A stretch of DNA of 64,000 bases from Octopus sinensis (lineage: Eukaryota), in assembly GCF_006345805.1 (NCBI RefSeq), contig NC_042998.1:181102001-181166000 (forward strand). The letters run 5' to 3'. The position numbers and the translations under genes are program-made. Shown here one piece after another: positions 63,769-64,000 of this stretch; position 1 is the stretch's first letter; the number at the start of each line of letters is the position of its first letter. A model generated the notes under the pieces. That model was not told the DNA's origin and made no database searches. It saw nothing but the letters and a program-made list of their open reading frames with translations.

Positions 63769-64000
63769 ACTGTTTTCTTTCTTTAATCTTTTTGGTGACT
63801 TTCTTTTTATCGAACTGTTTTCTTTTTTCTTCCTTCCTTTTTGTTGTGAATTCTTTCTTTTTCTTCCTTCTTTTTATTTGAACTGTTTTTGGACCTTTTA
63901 CTTTAAAAAAAACATGGTAAAGAACAAGGACAATGTTTTGGAGTGGGAAATTGCCCCCCCCCCCCAAACAGTGGTTGGAAGATTGTGAAGAGAGGACGGT

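Overview
Eukaryotic, very AT-rich, microsatellite-saturated, almost entirely non-genic DNA. The SINE families and microsatellite density point to an Octopus/coleoid genome (inference, not verified). A 100-N scaffold gap lies at 16105-16204. No host gene is confidently recognisable, and most ORFs in the supplied track are translations of microsatellites. Main content: (1) a full-length but decayed CR1-group LINE (33926-38633, minus) whose ORF1 combines a Myb/SANT trihelix-like domain with tandem CCCH-type zinc fingers; (2) 5'-truncated 3' ends of a putative R4/Dong-like retroelement that abut (TACA)n arrays, one of them split by the LINE; (3) Penelope-like RT and GIY-YIG fragments sharing one terminal repeat, plus several mutated minimal hammerhead-ribozyme cores; (4) many tRNA-derived SINEs of at least four families, one forming head-to-tail body concatemers; (5) TA-flanked foldback MITEs, Helentron/HINE-like elements, maT and pogo/Tigger transposase relics and an RTE tail; (6) two perfect 75-82 bp palindromes; (7) a repeat-poor island at about 47.6-54.4 kb with a possible exon. 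All family assignments come from motif recognition, not database searches.
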